Shown here: positions 8,518 through 17,740 of the stretch, piece after piece
Layout: each line of letters begins with the position of its first letter
Numbering within the stretch: position 1 is the first letter of the stretch
Translations under genes and position numbers: made by a program
The notes under the pieces: generated by a model
Databases searched by the model: none
Told to the model about the DNA's origin: nothing
What the model saw: the letters and a program-made list of their open reading frames with translations, nothing else
Sequence record: NC_007409.1
Origin: Bicaudavirus pozzuoliense
Strand: one strand, 5' to 3'
Length of the DNA: 32,000 nt

Positions 8518-9240
8518 TTAAGGCCGGACTGGTTTCGACGCCCAGGCCATCAAAATATCGCTTGGGACCTCATATCCAAGCCCGGCGATAATTGTCTTCA
8601 AGAACGTAAATATTTTGTCGAACTTCAGTGTGAATTTAGCGATTTCAACTATCTTTTTGAGCCTGTTGAGCACTTTGGAGTAAATCCAGTTCAGTAAGTC
8701 ATTTACGTCGCTGAAAAATCTGATGTTTATCTTAGGATTCTGCAGTATCTTTAACGCACCTGGTGTTATACTGTTTGCGAACAACGCGGGAAATACCCTG
8801 TACCCCTTTTGGTTTAGTTCCTTCATCGTCTTAAAGATACTCCTTATCTTGTATGTTATTTGAGCCGGCACTAGAGGCTTTGAGGTTTGGTACGAGAAAT
8901 ATACCAGGAATGCCGTTTTGCCTTGTCTTTTGTTAGTATCATCAGTCCATGGATCCTCTAGCTTTACGATAACTATCCTGTCACCGTACCCTGCATACTC
9001 AAATTCTATGTGGCCATACTCATCCTTTAGCTTTGATCTAGCGTATGATGGCATTAACAATAACTGTTCTATTGACATTGAGTACAACTTCTTTTTTATC
9101 TCAGCGAACAGTTTCACAAATTCGCCTTTCTGTTCGTAGATTTTTTCGACTAAACCGAAAACTTTAAAATCTTTATTTCTAATAGGGTTATTAGACATCT
9201 GCGCCGCCCCCCATTTGTTCTCTCCTTTTCCCTCCCCCAT
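8518..9240 (-). CDS. Hypothetical protein, 240 aa (start may be the internal Met at MSNNPIRN)
   Basis: Long ORF; ATG at MSNNPIRN gives a product without the low-complexity N-terminus. Confidence 0.75.
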   Translation of the reverse strand: MGEGKGENKWGAAQMSNNPIRNKDFKVFGLVEKIYEQKGEFVKLFAEIKKKLYSMSIEQLLLMPSYARSKLKDEYGHIEFEYAGYGDRIVIVKLEDPWTDDTNKRQGKTAFLVYFSYQTSKPLVPAQITYKIRSIFKTMKELNQKGYRVFPALFANSITPGALKILQNPKINIRFFSDVNDLLNWIYSKVLNRLKKIVEIAKFTLKFDKIFTFLKTIIAGLGYEVPSDILMAWASKPVRP

Positions 9241-9322
9241 TTGTTATCTCCTTCTCCTAATATTCCTATTATCTTATAAATTTTATTCGTTGACCACTCT
9301 CAGTATTACCTCCTTCTTCTTT

Positions 9323-9673
9323 TCATTTGCTTTCTATTTCCGCCAACACCAGGACTTTCTTCCCTGCTAGCTTCTCGCCAATTGGCTTTGGTAACGTGAG
9401 CCCATACAATGCTGTGTTGTCATTTGACGTCCTTGACCAAATTCTGACTGACATACTTCCTAACACGTACTTTTCGTCCTCGTAAATTATTTCAACGTTT
9501 TTCAGCTTTCTGACTCCCATCTTCTCTAGTTTAATGCTCGCGTCCTTGCTAAACCTCACAAAATACAGCTTGTATTCTCTTCTTTCGCCGTTTACTTTTT
9601 TGCGATATTTCACTGTAGAAACTTTGGCCTCGGTTTTAATTACAATAGATTGGACGAGTTTGGTTTCCATCAT
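9323..9673 (-). CDS. Hypothetical protein, 116 aa
   Basis: ORF with protein-like composition. Confidence 0.65.
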   Translation of the reverse strand: MMETKLVQSIVIKTEAKVSTVKYRKKVNGERREYKLYFVRFSKDASIKLEKMGVRKLKNVEIIYEDEKYVLGSMSVRIWSRTSNDNTALYGLTLPKPIGEKLAGKKVLVLAEIESK

Positions 9674-9748
9674 GTGTTAAAATAACGCGTGAATATTTTT
9701 ATTGTTTTGCTTTGCCGTGGGTTCCTTCTCCTTAAGAACAGCTGTCTT

Positions 9749-10252
9749 TTAGTCAGGGTTGCAGGAGGGCGGTGGGTTTTTTATTGTGCGTATGTACTCA
9801 CGAAAAACGAAGTTTTGATCAAACTCTTTGAAACTGGCCAACATCTGTTTTGCCTTCTCTTTGACTAAATTCTTCATGTGTAGAACACGCTCTTTAGTGC
9901 ATATTGCTTCTTTTTCTTTTACTTCCTCTATCCTATCGCAAAATACAAAAGTTATCTCGTTATTGTTGGCCAACGAATTTAGACAGAACTTTGTGACAGG
10001 TAAGTGCATCACTTCACCACTAAACTTCTCATAGAAGGTGAAGCAGAAAACGGGGAACTGGACATTTTCAATCTGTGAAATGACTAAGTCCATGTTATAT
10101 TCGAACTCGTCACCTGGCACATACCCGAAAACAAAAATGGTTATCCTATCATCGTTAAATTTAAAGTATGTCGCTCCCACTCTCCAGTCTCTGTCGTGTT
10201 CTTCCTTAATTTTCTCCATTTCCTCTTTTGTGAAGAATCCTTCGAAATTCAT
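9749..10252 (-). CDS. Hypothetical protein, 167 aa
   Basis: 4-nt overlap with upstream ORF 10249..10509, operon organisation. Confidence 0.75.
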   Translation of the reverse strand: MNFEGFFTKEEMEKIKEEHDRDWRVGATYFKFNDDRITIFVFGYVPGDEFEYNMDLVISQIENVQFPVFCFTFYEKFSGEVMHLPVTKFCLNSLANNNEITFVFCDRIEEVKEKEAICTKERVLHMKNLVKEKAKQMLASFKEFDQNFVFREYIRTIKNPPPSCNPD

Positions 10253-10509
10253 GCTAGGTCATCTTTTTCTTCTTCTTCTGCTAGTTCTATGGATTTAATG
10301 AATGCTTTATTCATGAAGATTGTTTTCCCGTCGCTCGTTTTCAACATTAACCAGTATTTTGAAGTTTTATAGACTTTTGCAGTTATTTTTTGGCCCTTAT
10401 CGTCGCAAATTACCACATTCTTATTGAAATAATAACCATCAAAATCCTCTCTTGTATTCTTTTTATTATGTTTAGAATGTCGATTGCGTGAGGTTGAATT
10501 GCTTAGCAT
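10249..10509 (-). CDS. Hypothetical protein, 86 aa
   Basis: Overlapping ORF pair; body starting at FDGYYFNKNVVICDDKGQKITAKVYKTSKYWLMLKTSDGKTIF is a plausible beta domain. Confidence 0.65.
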   Translation of the reverse strand: MLSNSTSRNRHSKHNKKNTREDFDGYYFNKNVVICDDKGQKITAKVYKTSKYWLMLKTSDGKTIFMNKAFIKSIELAEEEEKDDLA

Positions 10510-10587
10510 GATTCGAAATAGGGGGAACTGGTTTTTAAATGAACTGCGTTAGGCCATTCGGTTCTATACAGCTGTTCTCAAACGAAT

Positions 10588-10977
10588 ATGGAGCGATTTT
10601 TGTTTGAGAAAGTTTTAAGTACTCAGGACTACAGAGATCATATGGGGAAAAGTATGGAAGAGGGAATATTTGTCAAAGTCTTCCCCTCAAAAGCAATTTT
10701 TGTAATTTATAAAGAAGTAGAAATAATTGTAAAACCCGATTATGCAGGCGACACCATCAAAGTCAAATATGTTTTTAATAGTGATGAGCTGCAAAAGAAG
10801 TTAGTCGAGTACTTCAATAAATTTAACGTACCATACAAGGAGATCTCCAAAAACGAAGTTGAGGTGTATTATGATCCGATGTATCAACTTGACTGTTTTG
10901 ACCACATGTTCGAAAAACTAACAATGGGGGACACTGACTACATAGATTCCATTTTGGGTCGTTTGTTACCAATTTAA
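10588..10977 (+). CDS. Hypothetical protein, 129 aa
   Basis: ATG ORF, first gene of a + strand cluster. Confidence 0.75.
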   Translation: MERFLFEKVLSTQDYRDHMGKSMEEGIFVKVFPSKAIFVIYKEVEIIVKPDYAGDTIKVKYVFNSDELQKKLVEYFNKFNVPYKEISKNEVEVYYDPMYQLDCFDHMFEKLTMGDTDYIDSILGRLLPI

Positions 10978-10989
10978 AAGGTGGTGTGA

Positions 10990-11292
10990 ATGGAAGAGGC
11001 ACAACCTAAGTTAGAAAAATTGGAAAAGTTTGAATATTTTTTAGTTAATAAGTTAGAGGAAAAAATTAAGGAAACATTGATAGTAGAAAATGAGGTCGTA
11101 AGGATTGTGATGATACAGAGGCCAATCTATGATCCTTTTGACAAAAAATTTCATACGCGGGGGTTACTAAAGATAGGGAAGAAATACTATACGATCGTAA
11201 TAGAAGCATCTAAATATTTCATTTTCATAAAAAGTAAGCCAATTTATCTAAGAATCGGCTGGGACGAGCTAGAAGAGGGCGAAAAGCAATGA
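10990..11292 (+). CDS. Hypothetical protein, 100 aa
   Basis: ORF between two other + strand ORFs; its stop overlaps the ATG of the next gene (11289). Confidence 0.75.
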   Translation: MEEAQPKLEKLEKFEYFLVNKLEEKIKETLIVENEVVRIVMIQRPIYDPFDKKFHTRGLLKIGKKYYTIVIEASKYFIFIKSKPIYLRIGWDELEEGEKQ

Positions 11293-11468
11293 AAATGAGA
11301 GTTGTCTCATTCAAAGCAGAAGAAGACTTGTTAGTACTACTAGACAGATACGCAATGAAGTACAAATTAAATAGAAGCGAAGCAATAAGGAAAGCAATAG
11401 AAAATCTAGTTAAAGACGAAGTAAGTGAAGGAACAGTAGCGAGAGTAGAGAAGATACTGCTATGGTGA
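11289..11468 (+). CDS. Ribbon-helix-helix (RHH/CopG-like) regulator, 59 aa
   Basis: My translation: [59 protein letters not shown]. Absent from the supplied track. ATGA overlap with upstream ORF; near-identical to 12041..12223. Confidence 0.88.
   Translation: MKMRVVSFKAEEDLLVLLDRYAMKYKLNRSEAIRKAIENLVKDEVSEGTVARVEKILLW
11304..11404 (+). repeat. 101-bp perfect direct repeat, copy 1 (5' RHH gene)
   Basis: gtctcattcaaagcagaagaagac...aaagcaatagaaaa identical to 12053-12153. Confidence 0.9.
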
Positions 11469-11474
11469 GAGATT

Positions 11475-12044
11475 ATGAAAGTTCTTTCATTTTTGATAAG
11501 GCAAGACCATCTTCTTTACCTTGATATTTTTGCAAAACAGAATAATTTGACTAGATCAGACGCAATCAGGTATGCCATTTCTGTTCTGGATGAAGAATCA
11601 ACCCCAGTTAGCCTAGTTGGATTTCCAGGGATTAAGCTAGTGAGAACTTCTGTCAAACTGGCGGAAAATGTGATAAGTAGAATAGACAGGCTGGCTATCT
11701 TGTCAAAAATAACAAGATCTGATGTTATACGCAATGCAATTTATCACCTACTAATAAACAATGCACCAAAACAATTGCCACCTGTAACAGCTCAGACTGA
11801 GAAGAAGTATGGGTATGTGTGTCCCTATTGCGTTTCTAGGTTTCCTACTGTAAGGGCGTTGAAAATCCATTTAAAAAGGAGACATAATGGATTTCCGTGG
11901 TGCCCAGTCTGCTATAAGCCGTTGAAGAACAAGAATGCTACCAATCATTTTAGGAGATTTACTGATCCACAGCACCAGTTCTGGTACATGATATCACGTA
12001 AACGTTACCTTTCAAGCCATAGGAAGGAGGCTGTCAAACAATGA
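11475..12044 (+). CDS. Tandem RHH-RHH protein fused to C2H2 zinc finger
   Basis: Two RHH units ([33 protein letters not shown]; [34 protein letters not shown]) then [22 protein letters not shown] and [20 protein letters not shown]. Confidence 0.88.
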   Translation: MKVLSFLIRQDHLLYLDIFAKQNNLTRSDAIRYAISVLDEESTPVSLVGFPGIKLVRTSVKLAENVISRIDRLAILSKITRSDVIRNAIYHLLINNAPKQLPPVTAQTEKKYGYVCPYCVSRFPTVRALKIHLKRRHNGFPWCPVCYKPLKNKNATNHFRRFTDPQHQFWYMISRKRYLSSHRKEAVKQ

Positions 12045-12223
12045 TGAAAGAAGTCTCATTCAAAGCAGAAGAAGACTTGTTAGTACTACTAGACAGATAC
12101 GCAATGAAGTACAAATTAAATAGAAGCGAAGCAATAAGGAAAGCAATAGAAAAAATGCTAAGAGATGAGCTAGCAAAAGAGCCTACACCAGTAGCGAGAG
12201 TAGAGAATTCATCTTTAAGTTAG
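12041..12223 (+). CDS. Ribbon-helix-helix (RHH/CopG-like) regulator, 60 aa
   Basis: [40 protein letters not shown]...; paralogue of 11289..11468. Confidence 0.88.
   Translation: MMKEVSFKAEEDLLVLLDRYAMKYKLNRSEAIRKAIEKMLRDELAKEPTPVARVENSSLS
12053..12153 (+). repeat. 101-bp perfect direct repeat, copy 2 (3' RHH gene)
   Basis: See copy 1; offset 749 bp. Confidence 0.9.
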
Positions 12224-12381
12224 TTATTTTTATCTTTCTCACATTTGTAATATTATTTTTGTATTCTGTTTTTCTCCCGAGCGCTCACTATTTTTTTCAT
12301 AATTTTTCTCACATTTGCCATATTATTACAAATTAGCGCACAAACGGTAAGCCAGAGTCAAGAAAGAACAGCCGTTCTTTT

Positions 12382-12867
12382 TTAGCTCTTGATTCTAGCT
12401 TTTGCCTGCATGAAGTATGTTGATATGTCCTCTTCGAAAATGTACTTATACCACGTACCACTCATCTTCTCTTTTTTATACTTCATTGGTCTGTCGAAGT
12501 AGATGTTTATTGCATTCTTCTCAGCCGTGCTATCAACTATAGTATACTCGTCAAGCAGGTAGGCCTTCCTAGATATTGGGAAAACCAGGCACGTGTATAT
12601 TTTCTGTAAGGTCATCAGTTTTGTTATGACGATTTTGTCATCATAGTATTCGACCTGATATTTACCTGGTGACACGGGCACGTATGGGATACCTTTCTTC
12701 CCTTGCGTGTCTGAGAAGAAAATCACAGCTGTTTTATTCACACGCAGGTCTCCCTGCACGAACCAGTACGGGTGCTTTTTCCTTATTTCTTTCGTTCGTT
12801 CGTTGTCGAAAACCATCTTGGATTTTGGTTTTAGGAATACTCTAATTGTTTTAGTTTGTCTAATCAT
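12382..12867 (-). CDS. Hypothetical protein, 161 aa
   Basis: Long ORF. Confidence 0.7.
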   Translation of the reverse strand: MIRQTKTIRVFLKPKSKMVFDNERTKEIRKKHPYWFVQGDLRVNKTAVIFFSDTQGKKGIPYVPVSPGKYQVEYYDDKIVITKLMTLQKIYTCLVFPISRKAYLLDEYTIVDSTAEKNAINIYFDRPMKYKKEKMSGTWYKYIFEEDISTYFMQAKARIKS

Positions 12868-12879
12868 GTTGGCCTCCTC

Positions 12880-13347
12880 TTAAACGCTAAATGGATTTGG
12901 TAGGTCATCTTTCGAATTTGAATCATTTTTAGAATTTGCCTGACTGCGTTTTCCGATAATACTGGTTATTTCATCGACATCTCTTGCAGTACACTTCCAT
13001 TTGGTCTCATCATATGTGCAAATGAAGTTGTCCTGTTCTCCATTCTTATACTCTATTGAAAGACGGTAATCTGGCGTATCCACTGGGTCGCCACTAGCTG
13101 GTGGGATTTGTTCTACATTTATTGATCTTATGCCTTCAGGTGAGTGTCTAAATGGAATGAACTCATCCATACCGTTTACCATCATCTTTGCCAGCAATAG
13201 TTTCAGATTGATATCGTCGAGTCTATTTATAATGAGCGGAATATTTCTCTCAGAGACGATTGCGAGATCCAGACCAAATAGTCTGTTGATTAAATCCAGA
13301 AATTGATCTGTGGTGAACGCTGGTGTTTTTTGCGTTTGTCCAGGCAT
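12880..13347 (-). CDS. Hypothetical protein, 155 aa
   Basis: Long ORF 12 nt upstream of 12382..12867. Confidence 0.7.
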   Translation of the reverse strand: MPGQTQKTPAFTTDQFLDLINRLFGLDLAIVSERNIPLIINRLDDINLKLLLAKMMVNGMDEFIPFRHSPEGIRSINVEQIPPASGDPVDTPDYRLSIEYKNGEQDNFICTYDETKWKCTARDVDEITSIIGKRSQANSKNDSNSKDDLPNPFSV

Positions 13348-13484
13348 ATTGGGATTTTGTAATGAGAATTAAAAAAAGAAAGAAAGAAGACAAGCAAAAC
13401 GAGCGTGCAGTACAGCTGTTTTCATCGTGCTCGCCATGAAAATATTTAAGTTCATTGCTCAATTAAACCAGGAGGTGGTTTTGG

Positions 13485-14048
13485 TTGTCCACAACGTTTG
13501 ACAAAGACCAAGAGAATGAGCAACAGCAACAGGATGCTCAAGCTATATGGAAGAAGATCCTATCACCAGGTGCGAGAATAACGAAAGATGACGTTGACTT
13601 CGCGATAGATAATCTCGAGTCTGCCCCAGATGTTCCATACGAGTTCATGTATGCCACGTTTTCTCCAAATGCAAAGATATACCAACCTACAGCTATTGCA
13701 GTGTCAGGAGTTGGAGGTATTATCGGAGCATTGTTAGCATTGAAACGCGCATTGCAGTATGGCGGCCCAAAATATTACGTTACGACAGAAGAAGTCATCA
13801 AAGCTACTGACCAGAAGTCCCCCTTGTATCTTGCCAATTACGCGTTGAATAGGCTATTGAAAGCCTACCCTGCCCAAGTCGTTGTTATAAAGCCAGATGA
13901 CTTCGATAAGATTAAGACACTCCTTAGCTCAGGTGGGGTGTACATAAGTGGCCTGCCCTACGAGACTCTGATACCTATTTCTCAACTTAGCGGATTTGGG
14001 AGGATTTGGCATTACAGCCCAATTCAGAAGAAATTCTTCGTATTCTAG
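13485..14048 (+). CDS. Hypothetical protein, 187 aa (MSTTF N-terminus)
   Basis: Long ORF; N-terminal MSTTF shared with the following gene. Confidence 0.75.
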   Translation: MSTTFDKDQENEQQQQDAQAIWKKILSPGARITKDDVDFAIDNLESAPDVPYEFMYATFSPNAKIYQPTAIAVSGVGGIIGALLALKRALQYGGPKYYVTTEEVIKATDQKSPLYLANYALNRLLKAYPAQVVVIKPDDFDKIKTLLSSGGVYISGLPYETLIPISQLSGFGRIWHYSPIQKKFFVF

Positions 14049-14059
14049 TGGTGATAAGG

Positions 14060-15040
14060 ATGTCGACGACATTCCGTGGCAAAAAAGAAGAAGAGGAAGA
14101 AGAGGAGGAAGAGAAAGAGGAAAAAGAGGAGGAGCTCTTCAATCCATTCAAGGAAGAATTCTTAGAAGAAGGAAAAACTGTCTCCGAAGAAATCAACAAC
14201 CCATTTGAAGAGGAGGAAGAAGAAGAAATCCCAAACCCATTCGAAGTAGAGACAAACTACTTACCAGAGATTGATAAGCTTCTGATGCTTTACCAGAAGG
14301 GATTCATCGATAAGGATATGGTGGATTTAGCGTCAAAGATCCTTGGGATAGAATTAGACCTTGGGGATTACAAACAAATTGGCAAAAGCCTAATTAAGGT
14401 GCCAATAATAATCATTGCCAAACCTTCACATTTTGGAGAAATAAAACAAGAAATTCCAGAAGCTGAGATCGCAGATCCCTACTCAAAGAAATACCCAATA
14501 ATCTCGCTTCTTTCGTTAGAGAAAACAATAAACACTCTGACCAATGCGAAAATGCCCTGGAAAAGGTTCTCGATATTTATTGACGCTAGCTACACTACCG
14601 ACATTCCTCAATCAGCTGTGGCGTTATTGAATGGATTGATAGACATACTTAGAAAAGCAGGATATGACGTGAAGCTGTATACAAAATACGGGGAGGAACC
14701 AATAACCCTAGACGAGGAATCCGCGTCAAGATTCGTGTCAATGGAGAATCCTAATCTAGCAAAGATCTTGTGCCATGCTAAGAAAGTACAAGGCCTTGAC
14801 AAGACGTGCGACGATTCCAGGTGGTGGGAGTATGATTTGTGGGGTAACAGGAAGAAGAACGTAATAGATCAGGACAAGGTGAGGCAAATTGCATTGAAGT
14901 ACAACGTGTCTCCAGTATTAGTTCGTTACATTGCAAACTCCATAGGAAACCCGAGATCGCTGAGGAGGTATGCGGAGTCCTTCAACGTCCCAGAACAGTT
15001 GGTCATGGACATAGCGAAAGAACTTTCCTCCTCCTCATAG
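14060..15040 (+). CDS. Hypothetical protein with Glu-rich, NPF-containing N-terminus
   Basis: Track ORF 14006..15040; preferred start is ATG 14060 (MSTTFRGKKEEEEEE...), just after the stop of the preceding gene. Confidence 0.75.
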   Translation: MSTTFRGKKEEEEEEEEEKEEKEEELFNPFKEEFLEEGKTVSEEINNPFEEEEEEEIPNPFEVETNYLPEIDKLLMLYQKGFIDKDMVDLASKILGIELDLGDYKQIGKSLIKVPIIIIAKPSHFGEIKQEIPEAEIADPYSKKYPIISLLSLEKTINTLTNAKMPWKRFSIFIDASYTTDIPQSAVALLNGLIDILRKAGYDVKLYTKYGEEPITLDEESASRFVSMENPNLAKILCHAKKVQGLDKTCDDSRWWEYDLWGNRKKNVIDQDKVRQIALKYNVSPVLVRYIANSIGNPRSLRRYAESFNVPEQLVMDIAKELSSSS

Positions 15041-15099
15041 AACAGCTGTCTTTTTTGCCCTCGTTTGTTTTTAAATCACGAAAGCTTAAGCACACTACG

Positions 15100-16047
15100 A
15101 TGCAGAAGAATTACGATCCTAGAATAGCACAACTGAGGGGTTTCGCATCTCTCTCAGTCGCTTTTTACCATTTGTGGACTTTGCAAATTCTTCCTCTGTC
15201 CATTTTCAGGCCAGGATGGTTAGGTGTTCCACTCTTCCTCGAACTTTCAATTTTTCTTTTGCTTCAAAGGCTCGACGTTAACAGCGACATGAAAAAGTAC
15301 TTCGCCAAGAGAATTAAGCGAATATACCCGCTTTATTACCTATCAGCAACAGCTGTGTTTTTAGTCGAGTTATACTATTTCCACGATCACGTTACGATTT
15401 ATGAACTTTTTCTGCACTACGTCTTCTTATCTTCAGTGCTTGCCCCTTTCTCCTTCAGTTACGTCTTCTGGACTCTTCAGCTGGAGGAATGGATGTACCT
15501 ATTCATTCCGCTCATTCATAGGCTCAGTGATATGCGCAAGTTCCTTCTAGCCGTTGGGCTAATCCTGTCATCATTCATTTACGGAACTTTTATTGTGACG
15601 TTGCCGTACAACGAGTTTCATCTTCTTTATTTCATGCCACCGTTTTGGCTTAGTGCGTATGGGTGGGGTATAATTGCATATATATTATATAAGAATAACA
15701 CTAAACTCTGGAGCACGCGCAGTGCTATATCATTTCTATTTCTCATCTATGTCATGTATCTTCTTGCACCGACTGACAATGAGTTCCTGTATGAGCTAAC
15801 GACTAGAGTTGTAGTCTACAATATGGTGTTGGTCGTTTTCATGTTAATCATATTGAACCCACCTAAAGTGCTTTCCAAGGTCAGTGTGTTTTTGGGTGAG
15901 ATCAGTTATGGAATTTATGTTTGGCACCTTTTGATGGAGGAATTGCTCGGCGTTGTTGGTATACTACTCGGTGTTGCTGTGGCCTTTGCCACTGAATTTC
16001 CATTAAGGAGAAAGGAAATTCTTTTAAGATTAAGACAGCTTGGCTGA
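15100..16047 (+). CDS. Acyltransferase 3 (OafA/YrhL-like) integral membrane protein
   Basis: RIAQLRGFASLSVAFYHLWT...GVPLFLELSIFLLLQR...YFAKRIKRIYPLYYLS...VSVFLGEISYGIYVWHLLMEELL; multiple TM segments. ATG 15100 preferred over the track start 15055; TATA-like tttttaaat about 25-30 nt upstream. Confidence 0.87.
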   Translation: MQKNYDPRIAQLRGFASLSVAFYHLWTLQILPLSIFRPGWLGVPLFLELSIFLLLQRLDVNSDMKKYFAKRIKRIYPLYYLSATAVFLVELYYFHDHVTIYELFLHYVFLSSVLAPFSFSYVFWTLQLEEWMYLFIPLIHRLSDMRKFLLAVGLILSSFIYGTFIVTLPYNEFHLLYFMPPFWLSAYGWGIIAYILYKNNTKLWSTRSAISFLFLIYVMYLLAPTDNEFLYELTTRVVVYNMVLVVFMLIILNPPKVLSKVSVFLGEISYGIYVWHLLMEELLGVVGILLGVAVAFATEFPLRRKEILLRLRQLG

Positions 16048-16105
16048 CCTCGTCGGCGCGGTTTTCATTTTTGTTCTTCTTTGTCGTATACTGTGTTGAG
16101 CGCGA

Positions 16106-16768
16106 ATGCCCTCAAAAACTACTTCAAGCACGAATGTTAGGGAGGAGTTAATTAAAAGGTCGTTAGACGAAACTGTAGCGCAGTATATGACGTTATGTTT
16201 CGACCCTAAACACCGTTTCTCTTCTCCAGTTCAAACGTTCAACACATTACTACTCATTGCCTCTCAGCACGTCATAAACGTTAGTCCTGACAGTAAAAAG
16301 ATGATTGAGGAAATAGTGAATAACGCCCAGAATGCACAAAACTATGATGAATTAAGAGGGTATATTGAAGAGCTCTGTGCTAAAATGTATCCATACATTT
16401 TCCGCCTTAACGTGAAGGTGAATACGATAAGCGTTAAGTTTAAATCATTACCACCTTCCACCGCAAATGAGGTTCTGTTGGGTGTTGCGAGTGAGATTAT
16501 ACGACAGCTGTATAGTACAGCTGTTTTTGATGAGAACATTGAAGTCGTGACTGAGAAATTTGTGAAGCTGAGGGACATAACCCTAAAGCTGTTGAGATCA
16601 ATCCAGAACACTACGCTTTACCAATACATGAAAAGTATTGGGCTCGATGAGAATTACGTAATGAAACCTTGCGAAAGCGAATTACCTGTTCAATGCTTTC
16701 TCGAAATCCAGTCGAGGTTGCTTGAAGTGGTTGAATTCATTGCGACGCATATGAACGCAAGATTTTAG
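16106..16768 (+). CDS. Hypothetical alpha-helical protein, 220 aa
   Basis: Long ORF. Confidence 0.7.
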   Translation: MPSKTTSSTNVREELIKRSLDETVAQYMTLCFDPKHRFSSPVQTFNTLLLIASQHVINVSPDSKKMIEEIVNNAQNAQNYDELRGYIEELCAKMYPYIFRLNVKVNTISVKFKSLPPSTANEVLLGVASEIIRQLYSTAVFDENIEVVTEKFVKLRDITLKLLRSIQNTTLYQYMKSIGLDENYVMKPCESELPVQCFLEIQSRLLEVVEFIATHMNARF

Positions 16769-16860
16769 TGAAAAACACAGCTGTGTTTTTCATAGAAATG
16801 GCTGTAATACCTGGATTTAGCGAGAATTATTTATAAAGTGTTGTTAGATTCCTTTAATTA

Positions 16861-17157
16861 ATGCAGAGTGCAGAAAGCGGTTTGTTAATACTTCCCCCCA
16901 ATCTAATGCAGAGGAGAGTTCTTAAAATCAAACGGATTCTCTCTTATTCTCGTGACACTAAAGTTTCACATAAGGTAGTACTCGCATATTTCCGCAAACA
17001 TTATTGGTTAATTGCAAATGGATTCTGTCCTTATTGTCACAACCACTATAGGACTTTTGGAATACTTGCTAACCATATTATGCGGAGTCATACACTGGAG
17101 GTTGCTGAAGATTATTTTAAGCTGAGAGAAAAGATTAAAGAGAGGGGAAGAAAATGA
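16861..17157 (+). CDS. C2H2 zinc-finger protein, 98 aa
   Basis: CPYCHNHYRTFGILANHIMRSH zinc finger. Confidence 0.82.
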   Translation: MQSAESGLLILPPNLMQRRVLKIKRILSYSRDTKVSHKVVLAYFRKHYWLIANGFCPYCHNHYRTFGILANHIMRSHTLEVAEDYFKLREKIKERGRK

Positions 17158-17408
17158 TCACAGTAAATTGTATCAAGTTGAAACAAGCGTTTGAACAGGC
17201 AAAGATTCTCAAAAACGATCCATATGATTTTGCGCTGGCTATGACTCATTTTTATCTTAGCAATGAAGGACTAGAAACGCCAACGGGATATTCAGTTCCA
17301 TCAAGTGAACTCAAGGAGTTAATCAAAAAGAATGAATTGCTGATTCACTATATTCTCGACGAAGGCGAAGATTTCATGGAAGCTTGCGAAAAAGTGCATG
17401 GTTCTTAA
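17154..17408 (+). CDS. Hypothetical protein, 84 aa
   Basis: ATGA overlap with the upstream C2H2 gene. Confidence 0.7.
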   Translation: MITVNCIKLKQAFEQAKILKNDPYDFALAMTHFYLSNEGLETPTGYSVPSSELKELIKKNELLIHYILDEGEDFMEACEKVHGS

Positions 17409-17453
17409 AACAAAGCTGTTTTATTTTTATTTTCTTGTTCTCTCGTTTTTTTA

Positions 17454-17699
17454 ATGTCTGAATCTAACAACTATTCCGCATTTTTCGTCCTTCTATTCAT
17501 ATTCACAATTCTCTTTCTCATTGTAGTAGCATTTTTATTACTCGGCATTCTTAATGGCGCTTTCGCCACTTATGCCCACCATCCTCTCTCACCTTCTTTG
17601 TTGTCTAGCCTGGATTTTGTGCTGTATCTATTCGCGTTCGGTATTCTTGCAGTTTTGTTTCTTTTAATTGCGTTTGCAATCCAAAGGAAAGGAAGTTAG
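17454..17699 (+). CDS. Two-TM membrane protein, 81 aa
   Basis: FFVLLFIFTILFLIVVAFLLLGIL and LDFVLYLFAFGILAVLFLLIAFAI. Confidence 0.7.
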   Translation: MSESNNYSAFFVLLFIFTILFLIVVAFLLLGILNGAFATYAHHPLSPSLLSSLDFVLYLFAFGILAVLFLLIAFAIQRKGS

Positions 17700-17740
17700 T
17701 CATGGATTTTCTTTTTTAGTCTCGCGCTTTTCTTTCTAAC

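Noticed and set aside
8404-8697. 97-aa + strand ORF
   Set aside because: Overlaps antisense the well-supported 240-aa gene and the 3'-flank element; no protein-like features.
13996-14208. GA-rich ORFs in alternate frames (70 aa on each strand)
   Set aside because: By-product of the GAA/GAG-rich poly-Glu coding segment.
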